From the human T2T-CHM13v2.0 reference genome, Homo sapiens: a stretch of DNA of 64,000 bases. The stretch lies in NCBI RefSeq assembly GCF_009914755.1, contig NC_060930.1, one strand, 5' to 3'. The notes beneath the pieces are model-generated. The model was given only the letters and a program-made list of their open reading frames with translations. It did no database searches and had not been told where the DNA came from. Positions within the stretch are counted from its first letter, which is position 1; each line of letters begins with the position of its first letter. A program made the position numbers and the translations under genes. This document shows positions 44,457 to 58,512 of the stretch, piece after piece.

Positions 44457-46312
44457 TAACATGGGAGTTCCTGGGACAGGGAGAAATATAAAGCAAATCC
44501 TATGAAGTTCAGTTCCATATCAGGAAAGAGGTAGGGGGCTATGTTTATTGTGCAGTTCGTGGGTGTCTGGCTGTGTCCCAGGCACGGGGCATTCTCTTCT
44601 CTAGTTTAATCCACCACAAACTCTGGGTCTTTGAGGAGGAAGCTGAGGCAGGAGAGAACAGCTAGCACAAGTGGGGGGCCAGGTTGCCAGGTTGCTTGAA
44701 TGGGAGTTGACTGGGAGACCAGGAGCCTCTCTGCCTGCCCCACTGGCTTCTCCCAGAACTATCAACTTGCTCTGGGTCCCGCTTCCCCACCAATAGTACT
44801 GTGGGCCCCCTCCTTCTGCTCAAGAGTGATGACGATTGACCTCAATGATGGTGTTGAGGTGGCCTGGAATTGCCCTGGCTTGGAAGTGAGAATATTTGGT
44901 GGAATCCCAGCTGTGCCCCTTATTAGCTGAGCATCACTGGGTAAGTCACTGCCTCTCTAAGCCTCATTTCCTCATCAGTCAACCAGGGATGATGACAGCT
45001 GCCTCATAGGGGTGTGAGCTTCAGCTGGGATCTGTGAAAGCACTGAGCAAATCCAAACTGAGTCACACCGTGCAGTCCGATGGGGCCCATGGGATAGGGC
45101 GATGGCCTCAAAAGGGCCTTGCTTGAGTAGTTTACTTGGTTATTTGAGCATTTTGCTTTGAGAATCCTTTAGTAAAAAGTGTCACCACATTTTTTTCCCA
45201 TCATGAGCCCTTTTGAAACTATTGCACGGTAACAAGTGTGGATGCTTGGTGGGTTGGAGAAGCTGTGGGCCAAAGCCCGTCAGGGGCCTTCTGTTAGTAA
45301 CGAGCAGTGGCGTGGTTTTGGTGCAGGCACTGCTTCCCTGAAATAAGAGGTAACTGGGCCCTCCCTGCCTCTGGTCCTGCCCACTTGTCTGCCCCCACTA
45401 CCCTCGCCCAAGCTCTCCGGACTTCTTGGGTCTCTGTTCTTCCTCTTTTCCCTTTCCTGAGTGGTATCAGCGGTGACACATTTAGGGCTATTACTGGAGG
45501 AAAGCTTAGGGTCCCTCCCCTCTGGGCCTGAGCATTGCTCTACCTGCTTGCCTGGAGCAGAGCAGGTGCCGGTGCAACTGGCTTTACGATGCTGAAGAGA
45601 CATCTTGTCTCCAAGGCATCCTCCAACAATGGATGACAAGTTAGGCAGCCCACCTTCCAGGGATCTCCAACCATCTGACATTCCCACTGGGAATCTAGAA
45701 GCAGACCAGGATGAGGATGTGTTTGCTCTCTGGGACTGAGACATACTCTGCTTTGAGGAGATCAGATGTGATCATTCCTCCAGTCAGACATCCACCCAGT
45801 ATGTTCGGCATACTCCCTCTATTCTGGCACTGGGTGTGATGCCGCAGGGGAGATGCAGAAGAAGATTGTGAGGTCCCTCAAGGAGTCTGCAGTCTTGTGG
45901 GGACTGAGAGGGGAAGAGGATGGCAAGAATGAGACCAGTGTTCGTTTAATGACAGCCCAAGGCCGCCTGTGGTGAATGCCATGAGCAGGGCGGAAAGGGA
46001 CTGGTGGGCTCTAAGAAGGTAGAGATCTCAGCTGCTGAGCTCTGAGCTGATCATAGACGTCTTCTGGGAGGAGGTGGCTTTGAGCTGAGCCTCAGCTGGT
46101 ATTTGGACCAGCAAGGAGAGGGGACAGGTGGAGTAGAGGGGAGGGGAAGTAGATCCCCAGACCAAGGGGAGAGCTTGAGCCTAGGCTCAGGGCCCAGGGA
46201 GTGTTTGCTGCATTCAGGGTGCAAGGAGCACTGATATGAGGGTCATGATATGAGGAGTTGTGGGGAGAACACTGGTGTCTAACCTTGGGGCCAGAACACG
46301 GAGTGCTTAGTG

Positions 46313-46550
46313 TGGGGTTGCCAGGTACAATACAGGATGCCCAGTTAAACTCGAACATTTGAACTTCAGATAATCCAACTGGATAGGATACTTACTTCCC
46401 AGATACTGCATGATATTTGGTACTGATAACTGAGACTGGAAATGCAAATATTGCATGAACATACTTATCCTAAAAAAAAAAAAGTTGTTTATCTGAAATT
46501 CAAATTTACCTGGGCATTCTGTATTTTTATTTGTGAACCCTGGCAACGCT
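46313..46550. mobile_element. MER53-like palindromic hAT MITE
   Basis: Inverted ends GGGTTGCCAG / CTGGCAACGCT and internal self-complementarity (CCCAGTTAAA...TTTACCTGGG). Confidence 0.75.
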
Positions 46551-47455
46551 ACCTTAGTGCCCAACAAAGGAGTTTGGGTCTTATTTAGGCAGGCAAGCAA
46601 GGTGACCCTAGCTGGACTCGTGAATGGGTGGGAAGGGGCGGTGGTGGGATTGGAGGCTTCAGGAGAGGTAGAGAGATGCATGAGGAGGCCAAGAGTGAGC
46701 CCCGGTAAGAAGTGTTGGCCAACATGGTTGTCATGGGAATGAAGGGAAGACAAGATGTAAGAGATGCCAGCATTGTCAGGGCTGGGGAGAAGGAGGCCCA
46801 GCTTGGCGGAGGGCTCTGGCTTGGGGGGTATAGGCAAATGGAGCTTCTGAACGCTGAACTGGGAGCCTTGGAGAGGCAGCCATGTGGGCAGGTAGAGGGG
46901 CCTGGTAAGAGGGGACCTTGGGGTGCAGCAGAAGTGGGGAGGCTGGGACAGAGAGGGGCCCGAGAGTGCTTTAGAACAGCTTGCCTGTCCGTGGCAGCTG
47001 TGGAGGGGGCTTCCAATAACCCCAAGATGTAGAGCCCTGGGGAGGATTGTGGGAATCCTGGAACTCTGATGGGCAGAGATGGTGAAGAGGATATGGTTTG
47101 TATTGTACCTGGCAACCCCACACTAAGCACTCCATGTTCTTTTGGGGTCGTGGTAAGTTGGGAGGGTGGTGGGATTCATGTGGAGATTTTCCAAGGTGAT
47201 TGGAAGCCTGGGGGTAGGTGGGAGGGTGATAGAAACTGGCTCGTGGGTAAGAATTGTCTCCCACTTTAACCCCAACTTCCTTGGCCCCAGCTCCTCCTCC
47301 AAAACTGAAAATTATTGTTGGGGAATCAATCTTAGTTATTCATTTCTGCAGAACTAATTTTTAACCTAGCATTGCCTTGGACATTGGAACTTGCTTTAGG
47401 AGGGAAGGTGAGCTAATCTGTTCGAACGCCAAGTTTAACTCCCACTGCAAGGCTA

Positions 47456-49346
47456 GGTGCTAAGATCATGAGGTCCACTCGGGGGGGATGTGGGCATTTT
47501 CCTGGCTTTTGACTCTCCCAACAAGAGGATCTCCTCTGGTGCTAAGATCATGAGGTCCACTCGGGGGGGATGTGGGCATTTTCCTGACTTTTGACTCTTC
47601 CCAACAAGAGGATCTCCTCTGGTGCTAAGATCATGAGGTCCACTCAGGGAGGGATGTGGGCATTTTCCTGGCTTTTGACTCTCCCAACAAGAGGATCTCC
47701 TCTGGTGCTAAGATCATGAGGTCCACTCGGGGGGGATGTGGGCATTTTCCTGGCTTTTGACTCTCCCAACAAGAGGATCTCCTCTGGTGCTAAGATCACG
47801 AGGTCCACTCGGGGGGGATGTGGGCATTTTCCTGGCTTTTGACTCTCCCAACAAGAGGATCTCCTCTGGTGCTAAGATCATGAGGTCCACTCGGGGAGGA
47901 TGTGGGCATTTTCCTGGCTTTTGACTCTCCCAACAAGAGGATCTCCTCTTCTGCTAAGATCATGAGGTCCACTCGGGGGGGATGTGGGCATTTTCCTGGC
48001 TTTTGACTCTCCCAACAAGAGGATCTCCTCTGGTGCTAAGATCATGAGGTCCACTCGGGGGGGATGTGGGCATTTTCCTGGCTTTTGACTCTCCCAACAA
48101 GAGGATCTCCTCTTCTGCTAAGATCACGAGGTCCACTCGGGGGGGATGTGGGCATTTTCCTGGCTTTTGACTCTCCCAACAAGAGGATCTCCTCTGGTGC
48201 TAAGATCACGAGGTCCACTCGGGGGAGATGTGGGCATTTTCCTGGCTTTTGACTCTCCCAACAAGAGGATCTCCTCTGGTGCTAAGATCATGAGGTCCAC
48301 TCGGGGGGGGATGTGGGCATTTTCCTGGCTTTTGACTCTCCCAACAAGAGGATCTCCTCTGGTGCTAAGATCATGAGGTCCACTCGGGGGGGATTTGGGC
48401 ATTTTCCTGGCTTTTGACTCTCCCAACAAGAGGATCTCTTCTGGTGCTAAGATCATGAGGTCCACTCGGGGGGTATGTGGGCATTTTCCTGGCTTTTGAC
48501 TCTCCCAACAAGAGGATCTCCTCTGGTGCTAAGATCACGAGGTCCACTTGGGGGGGATGTGGGCATTTTCCTGGCTTTTGACTCTCCCAACAAGAGGATC
48601 TCCTCTGCTGCTAAGATCATGAGGTCCACTCGGGGAGGGATGTGGGCATTTTCCTGGCTTTTGACTCTCCCAACAAGAGGATCTCCTCTGGTGCTAAGAT
48701 CATGAGGTCCACTCGGGGGGTATGTGGGCATTTTCCTGGCTTTTGACTCTCCCAACAAGAGGATCTCCTCTGGTGCTAAGATCATGAGGTCCACTCGGGG
48801 GGGATGTGGGCATTTTCCTGGCTTTTGACTCTCCCAACAAGAGGATCTCCTCTGGTGCTAAGATCATGAGGTCCACTGGGGAGGGATGTGGGCAGTTTCC
48901 TGGCTTTTGACTCTCCCAACAAGAGGATCTCCTGTGGTGCTAAGATCATGAGGTCCACTCGGGGGGGATGTGGGCATTTTCCTGGCTTTTGACTCTCCCA
49001 ACAAGAGGATCTCCTCTGGTGCTAAGATCATGAGGTCCACTCGGGAGGGATGTGGGCATTTTCCTGGCTTTTGACTCTCCCAACAAGAGGATCTCCTCTG
49101 GTGCTAAGATCATGAGGTCCACTCAGGGAGGGATGTGGGCATTTTCCTGGCTTTTGACTCTCCCAACAAGAGGATCTCCTCTGGTGCTAAGATCATGAGG
49201 TCCACTGGGGAGGGATGTGGGCATTTTCCTGGCTTTTGACTCTCCCAACAAGAGGATCTCCTCTGGTGCTAAGATCATGAGGTCCACTCGGGGGGGATGT
49301 GGGCATTTTCCTGGCTTTTGACTCTCCCAACAAGAGGATCTCCTCT
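47456..49346. repeat. 82-bp VNTR, ~23 copies, SLC22A1 intron 1
   Basis: Unit GGTGCTAAGATCATGAGGTCCACTCGGGGGGGATGTGGGCATTTTCCTGGCTTTTGACTCTCCCAACAAGAGGATCTCCTCT; 1891 bp. Confidence 0.98.
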
Positions 49347-50545
49347 ATCAGTCTTGGTTTCAGCCACAGCCCCCACACCAGGCCAGCTGTCTTCCACCAG
49401 CCATGAGTGCTGAGCAAGGGAAAGTGGTCTCAGGCCAAGGGAGACAGAGGTAGTTACATTAGTGTTTCTCAAACTTGGCTGATCCTCAGGATCACCTGGA
49501 TTCCTATTCGGGACCCACTGAGGCAGAATACACAGGGAATCTGTGGTTCCACCAGGACCCTGTGTGGTTCTCGTGATGGAGCAGTAGGTTGCTTTATAAT
49601 CGTGCCGGAAAGAGCTGCCCCGGCCCTGGTGAAATCCCAGCAGGAGCAGCGAGTGGGCTTAGGAGATTCCCATCCTCCATCCCGTCCCTACCTTTATGCA
49701 GCCCCAGCTTCTCCCAGGGCCCAGCCTATCTTCTCAAGGTGCACAAATGTGTCAGGGTACTCATGGTTGGGCTGGTGTTTGGGAGCAGAGGAAGCATGGC
49801 AGGTTTACAAGCTTTGCAGGTGGCTCTAGAAACTGATCCTCAGGGTAGCCTGGGGCAGAGCCAGTTCTCTGTGTGGATGAGATGTTGGAAGGTGGGATGC
49901 ACTCCAGCTCCAGGAGCTCACTGGTTCCATATACAGTCCTGGGGCATGATGGCAACAGGGTGTTTCAGGAAGGCGGCAGGCACATCTTACAGAGATACCA
50001 ACTTGCAAAGATTATAATAAAAACCAGACAAACAATGGCTGAGAAGGGAATAAGCCGAGGCCCCAGGTAATAATTCCACATCTTTCCCTGACCCCTGCAA
50101 CTTGAGTGAAATCCTGTACGGCAGACCACGGGTGAGGCTGCAAAGAGAGAGTTGGGCAGTTGGAGACACAAACCCTGGGAAAGCCAGATAAGGACGTGTC
50201 CACGTGTATTCTAATGGCAGAGCACACGGCAGGCAGGAAAAGAACCACAGCCAAAAAGAGTTATACATCGGGTGGGTGACCTGGGAGGCGCTCCATGGAG
50301 AAGCTGTGTTTTAAGCTGAATTTTAGAGGAAATCAATATTGGGATTGGCAGAAAACATGAGAGTGACACTGAGCAGTAGCTTGTCGCACGCCCCAGAGCT
50401 GTACCACCCATAGGAGCAGACACTGGGGTCTGGGCAGAAGGCAGTTACTAGGAGAGGCTTGTGTTTGTTTCTGAAACTCAGGTGGTAACACAGAGTTTAA
50501 CCTATATTTCAGGGAAAAAAAAAAGTGCTCATGTCAAGGAACTAG

Positions 50546-50898
<353 letters not shown>

Positions 50899-51689
50899 AG
50901 TTCTGAATGTTTGACCCCAGGATCGGGGCATGGTGTGGCTCAAACTGGCAACTTTAGAGATTTGAGGGTTGGAAGTGGGGGTAATAAAACCTGTTTCTAA
51001 AATAAAAGGGTTTATTATTTATTAAAGCTATCTGCATGTGATTTCTCCCCTCCAATGCACCCAGCAGCCCTATGGGTGTGATGGAATGGGTACAACACAC
51101 GTTTCAGACAGGGAAACTGAGGCCCAGGGCTGTGAAGTGACTCACTGCCATCGTACTCCACAGTATTCTGGTTAGGGGAGCCATGGACTTGATGCAGACA
51201 AAGCAGTGTGGAGGGACGGGGGCAGGAAGGATGTGTCGACCACCCAGGAGGGGCTGTACCAGGAACTGAAAGGGTCGAGAGGCCTCCACCCAACACCCTC
51301 TGTTCTCCCCAGAGTCCACTCTTTCTGCCTGTCTCAACTCTAAAGAGGAAGGGGCCATTCTTCTGCCCTCCAGCCTCTACCATGTCTAGGCATGTGCCAG
51401 CATCACCATGCTCTGTGCTATGGGAGGTAGGACTCTTGGATGTCCCTCCACTCCTGGTTTTCTTCCCCAAGGCCTCTAAACGCAGGGAATATCTGCCTTC
51501 TCCAAAAACCCAAACAAAACAAGCCCTTCCCAGCAGCCCATGCCTGTCTTTTCCTCTGTCCCCTCCACCTTGATATCTTCCCTCCCCTGGCTTTTGGTGC
51601 ATGGGAGCCTCTGATGTCCTCCTAACCTTTGGTCCCACCCACATGTGACCATAAGGCACAGTCTATCTCAAGAAACTTAACAACTAATA

Positions 51690-52075
51690 GCTTACTATTG
51701 ACTGGAAGGAAGCTTTGCCAATCACATAAACAGCCAATGAACACATATCTTGTATGTTATATGTATTATACACTGTATTATTACAATAAAGTAAGCTAGA
51801 GAAAAGAAAATGTTAAGAAAAACTTAAGGAAGTGGAAAAACATCACGAAGTGGAAGTGAATCATCATCAAGGTTTTCACCCTCATCATCTTCACGTGGAG
51901 TTGGCTAAGGAGGAGGAGGAAAAGAGGGCTTGGTCTTGCTGTCCTGGAGGGCAGAGGCAGAAAAGGTGGAAGAGGTAGAAGAAGAGACAGGCACACTCGG
52001 TGTAAATTTTATTGAAAAAAAAAAATCTGTAAGTGGACCCGCGCAGTTCAAACCCATGTTGTTCGAGGGTTAGTC
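51690..52075 (-). mobile_element. Tigger2-family derivative, opposite orientation to the copy at 33279
   Basis: Ends AAGTGGACCCGCGCAGTTCAAACCCATGTTGTTCGAGGGT; homologous to 33279-33750. Confidence 0.75.
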
Positions 52076-52227
52076 GCATTTGATATTTGCTGAGTGATTC
52101 ATCAGAAACTTTGAATTTGTCTTATGAAAATGTAGTAGGAGAAAACTCTGTGAAACAGCCCAGGGATACCGAGTTTGATGAACTGCATTTGCTTTGCTGA
52201 AGAGAGGATGGAAGGGTGTAGTCCTGA

Positions 52228-52686
<459 letters not shown>

Positions 52687-53307
52687 TGAGATGGGATGCA
52701 GAGGGTTAGGAAGGGATTTTGTTGCAGCGGTTGATAGGGGAGAGGTTATGGAGGAAACTAGGGCTCTTAGAGATGTTAGGTTTGGAGATGAGTTGCACGG
52801 CCTGAGACATCTACGAAGAGATGCCAAGGAGCCACTTGGGTATGTGAGTGAGCTCTGGAAAGGGGTCTGGGCTGGAGTTCAATATCGGGGGTTTGTCACC
52901 AGTAGTTGGTATTTAAGGCTGTACAGCATATCAGGATGTGCTGGAAGAGGGTGTCGAGAGAGAACTGCAATGCAGAAAGGTAGGCAGGGAAAGTGCCCTG
53001 GGAAAGGAGACAGGAAAAATGGCAGCGAGATCGAAGGACAACTGTTCTCCAGGGCGCTTGTGGAAATGCACCAGGAGACCACGAGGAGGAGTGGTCAGAA
53101 TCTGCTGTGGGGGGCCTGGCACCCAGGACAGGGTGGTTGGAGAAAACCCGAAGGCAGGAGAGTGGAGTTGTGTGAACAACTCTTTAAAAGAGTGTGGGGA
53201 GGGTCCAGGATGAGGAGGCTGATAGGGGAGGGAGTCAGGGATGCAGGAAGAAGACAGGGGCCAGGGAACCCAGGCCTGGCTGGGGGTCTGAGGCCCAGCT
53301 CAGAGGT

Positions 53308-53612
53308 GGAGACAGAGAGAAGGGACAGAGAGCCAGGTGCTGCCGCAGGAGACAGGGAGAGGGGACAGAGCCAGGTGCTGCCCCAGGAGACAGAGAGGGG
53401 ACAGAGCCAGGCGCTACTGCAGGAGACAGGGAGAGGGGACAGAGCCAGGTGCCGCTGGAGGAGACAGGGAGAGAGGACAGAGCCAGTCACTGCCCCAGGA
53501 GACAGGGAGAGGGGACAGAGCCAGGCACTGCCCCAGGAGACAGGGAGAGGAGACAGACCCAGATGCCGCTGCAGGAGACAGGGAGAGGGGACGAAGCCAG
53601 GTGCCGCCACTG
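53308..53612. repeat. ~38-bp purine-rich minisatellite, ~8 copies, SLC22A1 intron 2
   Basis: Unit CAGGAGACAGGGAGAGGGGACAGAGCCAGGTGCTGCCC; starts at 53346, 53384, 53420, 53458, 53496, 53534, 53572. Confidence 0.92.
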
Positions 53613-54407
53613 GGGCTGAGCATCCCTGGTTAGAAGACGTGGGTTCTGGCAGAAGTTCCTATGTTTTCACAAAGGGCAAGGGTTTACTGGCCGGTTTGGG
53701 GCTGTCCTGAGGCGGGGTGGAGGTCTGAGGCCAGGGGACACAAGGTGGACAAGTGAAGTGGCCTAGTGGAGGCAGATGGGGGTGGCAGAGGGGACGGGGG
53801 CGGCAGGCGGGTGGGGAGCGTGGGTGGGCGGGCACACTGCATGGTCTGCCCTTGGCTTCTTTCCTTGGCTCTTGGAGAACATGGGGTGTGGTCAAAAAAT
53901 TGGGTGGGAACAGTGCAATCCCAGCGAGTAATTTGCCCATTTCATTCCCGGAAAAAGGAGAAGAGAAACAGCCCTGTATGGCTACACTATCAGAGCTGAA
54001 TATGGCACTGAAAAGCTTCCATGATGGTTGATAAGACTATGGGAGGAAGGAAGCCTGGTTTGGGTGCAGCCTGACCAGTGGCGATAATAATGATGCCATC
54101 TGCTAAATATGAAGATAAGGCAAGGGGACAGGCGTGAACTGGAGAGGGTCTGCGGGCACTGCCCGGCTGAGCTGTGATGCTGCTGGGAGCGCTCAGACTC
54201 CTCTTCAGACCCGGAAGGGCTGCGGAGCTTGTTGGGACAGATGAGCAGGCTGGGCGGTGCACTGGGCACTGCTGTCCTGATAGACCCTGCAGTCTCCCAG
54301 GACAGTGGTGCGGTGGCCTCCGACTGTGACCCTTGGCATCCCACCATGCATGTCTGACCCCAGATTTCAACCTCTCCCACCTGTCCTCCATGTCTCCTTC
54401 TCTCTGA

Positions 54408-54614
<207 letters not shown>

Positions 54615-56001
54615 TAACGTGGGTAGGGGGTTGTTTGTGGGGTCAAGGAGCTTGCGGGGCACCAGTTCCTTGTATTTATGTGACTAGGGCAGGACATGGG
54701 CTAGAATGGCCTCCTCTCTTTTTGTGTCTGAGACACTTAAATTATCACTTAGATTACTGACCTATTAATCAACTAATCTATTTGGGGAACAAAAAGACCC
54801 CATGCTGATGTGCTCACAGCAGTCAGGATGGGGTGCAGAAGAGGAGATAAGTGAGAGAATATTCTAGCATTTTACATAAGAAAGAACCAGCAACTCCTTA
54901 AAATAAATACAGCAAACTTGACGGGCTTGAATGGCACTCAAGAATTAGGAAAGAAAACAGGAGCAAATAAAATAAGGATTGTGAAAATCAGGATTTTGAA
55001 AAAGTTGAAGTATAAACCAACATGAGGAGTTTTACATATCAGCCTTTTTTTCCCTTTCAAATATTCTAAGGTTAAGAATACAAAACAAAAAACCCTTTCC
55101 GGGAGGAATGCAGCCTAAGAGTCATCTGTACTTCCCCAGGCCAGGGCACGGCAGCCAGCAGTGAGGATGAGCCACACTTTTACTCATTTGTGGGGGAGAA
55201 AAAAGAAATAGCCATGTCTTTTCATCTTTGAAAACAAGGTGCTATCACTTGGCATTCTGAGAACTCATTCACTAGGGCCAAGAGGATCCACGTTCCCGCC
55301 TTGAGAAGCCATGAGCAGCCTGGTGAAGCTGAGCTGGCTCAGCCCCATGCGTGTGGAGCCTGTGACAGCCTCTGCTGCTAGGCACCGTCCCACACATGGT
55401 TAGGGGGTCTGACCCGGGGCCACATCCACGCTCCAACACCACCCGCAGCCCCTCCACCCACGACTCCCCTGACTTCCTTTTCCCCTTTTCATTTTTGTTC
55501 CCGTTACACGTATCACGCTCTAACATAGGATTGCATTCTCTTATCTGTGATGTGGAGCGTCTGCCAAATGAGGTCTCCCAGGGCAGGACTCTACCTCCTA
55601 TGCTTAACGATGTGCCTCAGACACCCCGCACAGTACCAGGTCCCCAGGAGGCACTCAAAGATATTTGCTAAATGAATGAACACCCCTGGGGTCCTGACAA
55701 ATATTCCAGCTGAGTCTGGAGCTTCTCGAGGAAGGCGTTGGGGAGGAGAGGCCAGTGGACTGAGTCCTGAAGCAGGCAGAGGGGAGTGCAGATGGTAAAG
55801 GAGCAGACGCGGAAAGCGACGGTCAGGGAAAAGCCAGAGAGCCAAGCAGCCTGGTGGATCTCCGGGGCCTTGGTTTGATGGGTCCGGGGCCCCGGTTTGA
55901 TGGGTCCGGGGCCCCAGAGAGAAGGGGAGGCGTGAGCGCGGCTGTGGTTTGCGGGAAGGAGAAATGGGAGACACACAAGAGAGAAGCCTGGGAGCAGGTG
56001 A

Positions 56002-56304
<303 letters not shown>

Positions 56305-56433
56305 TGAGGCCCTTCCTCCTGCCTACGGGGAAGGGGCGCCGGCCACCCCTCTGGCTGCGCTTTCTGTCCTCTCGAGGGACCAGTCTCTTGGAGTGGGGGG
56401 CGCCTACAGGCCGTCTTCCAAAGGCCATGGTGT

Positions 56434-56898
56434 CCACATGCATAACGCATGGGGCTGCGCGGAGCCCGGCGCTTCCCACACTCATGACGCATAGGGATGA
56501 GCTGGTCCCGGGGTTTCCCACACGCATGACGCATAGGGATGAGCTGGTCCCGGGGTTTCCGACACGCATGACGCATAGGGATGAGCTGGTCCCGGGGTTT
56601 CCCACACGCATGACGCATAGGGATGAGCTGGTCCCGGGGTTTCCCACACGCATGATGCATAGGGATGAGGGGAGCCTGGGGCTTCCCACATGCATGATGC
56701 ATAGGGATGAGCAGAGCCCGGGGTTTCCCACATGCATGATGCATAGGGATGAGCAGAGCCCGGGGTTTCCCACACGCATGATGCATAGGGCTGCACAGAG
56801 CCCGGGGTTTCCCACAGGCATGATGCATAGGGCTGCACAGAGCCTGGGGTTTCCCACACGCATATCGCATGGGGCTGCGTGGAGCCAGCGCTTCCCAC
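56434..56898. repeat. 42-bp VNTR, ~11 copies, SLC22A1 intron 4
   Basis: Unit GCATGACGCATAGGGATGAGCTGGTCCCGGGGTTTCCCACAC; 14-aa periodicity in the ORF track. Confidence 0.96.
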
Positions 56899-58397
56899 CA
56901 CTTGTACTGTTCAGGTTGTTCTGTTATTACCAGGCGGCCCAGGTTACATGTGGAGCTTTCCTCAGACAAAGCCTCTTTAGATAGGTTCCCCCAGATAAAG
57001 GTGGGCCATGCCAAGAGTCGGACAGAAATCCAGGAAAACTCAGGGCCTCAGCATGTGCACTTTCCAGAAACACAAGGCTGAACCTCACTCCCGGGTGAAG
57101 GAGGCAGCTTTTTGAGGGTTGCTCAGTGGCCTTGGGAAATCTGTATCAGCGTCCAGTGGTAGGAAAGTCTCCACAGGTGGCAATCCCACTGCAATGGCTA
57201 CCACTCCCGAGAGTCCCCTAGAGTCCGTCCCAGGGGTGCTGGCATGAAGTCAGATGCTCTGTTATCTTCTTGATCCTCTCCCTCTTCCCCCTCTTCTCTT
57301 CCTCTCTGCTGTCATCTCTGCTCTTCTCCCACTTCTTCATTTTTATAGTACTATTGGTATTATTATTAAGACACTGAAATACCTCTCATCTAGCCATAGA
57401 GCAGGCATTTGATCTTGATTGAATGAATGAGTGACAGAATGAAGGAACAACAGGCCTGCTCAATGCAACCTTCTCTGGGGACTGTGTACCCTGAGCCATT
57501 ATGACACAGAATCAGTCCAAACAAGGTGTTAATCATATTAGCTGTGAGTGCTTCGCAGAGTCTGAAGGGCAAAGAACTCCACAGGTCAGTTTTTATTGTG
57601 GTGGAGGGAAGAGGGGGTAGCAGAAAGGTCCACAGAGAGGAATTTCTCATCCCTCCACCTTTTGTCTTAGTTTTGCTGAGAGCAGACCTCATCTGTGGGT
57701 GGCACTAGAGTTAACCCAGTCTCTCTAAATGAAAGAGTTGTACACGTATGGCCAGGGAGTTCTGAGGAGCCTGCCCTTCCCCTGCCTCGTCCTTGTGAAA
57801 CAGGGATCTCTCCAGCAGAAAGGCAAATTCTGCATGCTCAGGCAGGGTGAGGCAGTCAATGCCGGCCAGCTTTCAGAAGACCCTTATGCCAGAGAGGCCC
57901 AGTCTTTGAGTTGTACCCTCCTCGTCCCATTTGAAATAGACAGCATGGTGTTGATTTGATTTTAAAGGACAGTAAATACATTTTATTTTGTTTGAGAAAT
58001 ATTTTGAGAAGTGTTCAACAGCCCTTGTATTGCCTGGAGATGTCCTGGTGTCATCGGGTAATATACATGGAGCATCTGCTCTGTGAGTGTTTTCCGTGGG
58101 GGACAAAGGCTGCCCCAGGAGAGATGAGGCCCCTGCTGCACAGAAGGAAGGCTACATAGGAAGCGATGGCTCCCTTTTGGTCTATAAATCTTAGGTGACA
58201 CTAGGAGTCTGAGTGACCCACAGAGCTGTGACCTGGGCCACATGGGCTAGCGCACAGTGACCCCAGGTCCTCATCCTCTTGAGGGATTACAGCCCCAACG
58301 TGGGGAGGGCAGGCTGCACTGAGCAACAGCATCACCCCGCTCAGGGCTGAACGTCAGACCGAGGAAAATGCCAGATAGTGATGAGTGGTGTTCGCAG

Positions 58398-58512
58398 GTG
58401 TGTGCCGGAGTCCCCTCGGTGGCTGTTATCACAAAAAAGAAACACTGAAGCAATAAAGATAATGGACCACATCGCTCAAAAGAATGGGAAGTTGCCTCCT
58501 GCTGATTTAAAG
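58398..58512 (+). CDS. SLC22A1: SLC22A1 exon 5 ([38 protein letters not shown])
   Basis: gcag|G at 58398, AAG|gtgaaa; 115 nt; PESPRWL motif. Confidence 0.96.

Noticed and set aside
47456-49346. CRISPR-like regular array with palindromic motif
   Set aside because: No unique spacers, head-to-tail identical units, human intron and no cas genes: a minisatellite.
52691-53710. 339-aa ORF in SLC22A1 intron 2
   Set aside because: Spans old repeat fragments and the 38-bp minisatellite; low complexity, no recognisable domain.
55861-55916. ~23-bp x2.5 repeat before exon 4
   Set aside because: Short slippage duplication more than 200 bp from the acceptor; no evident function.
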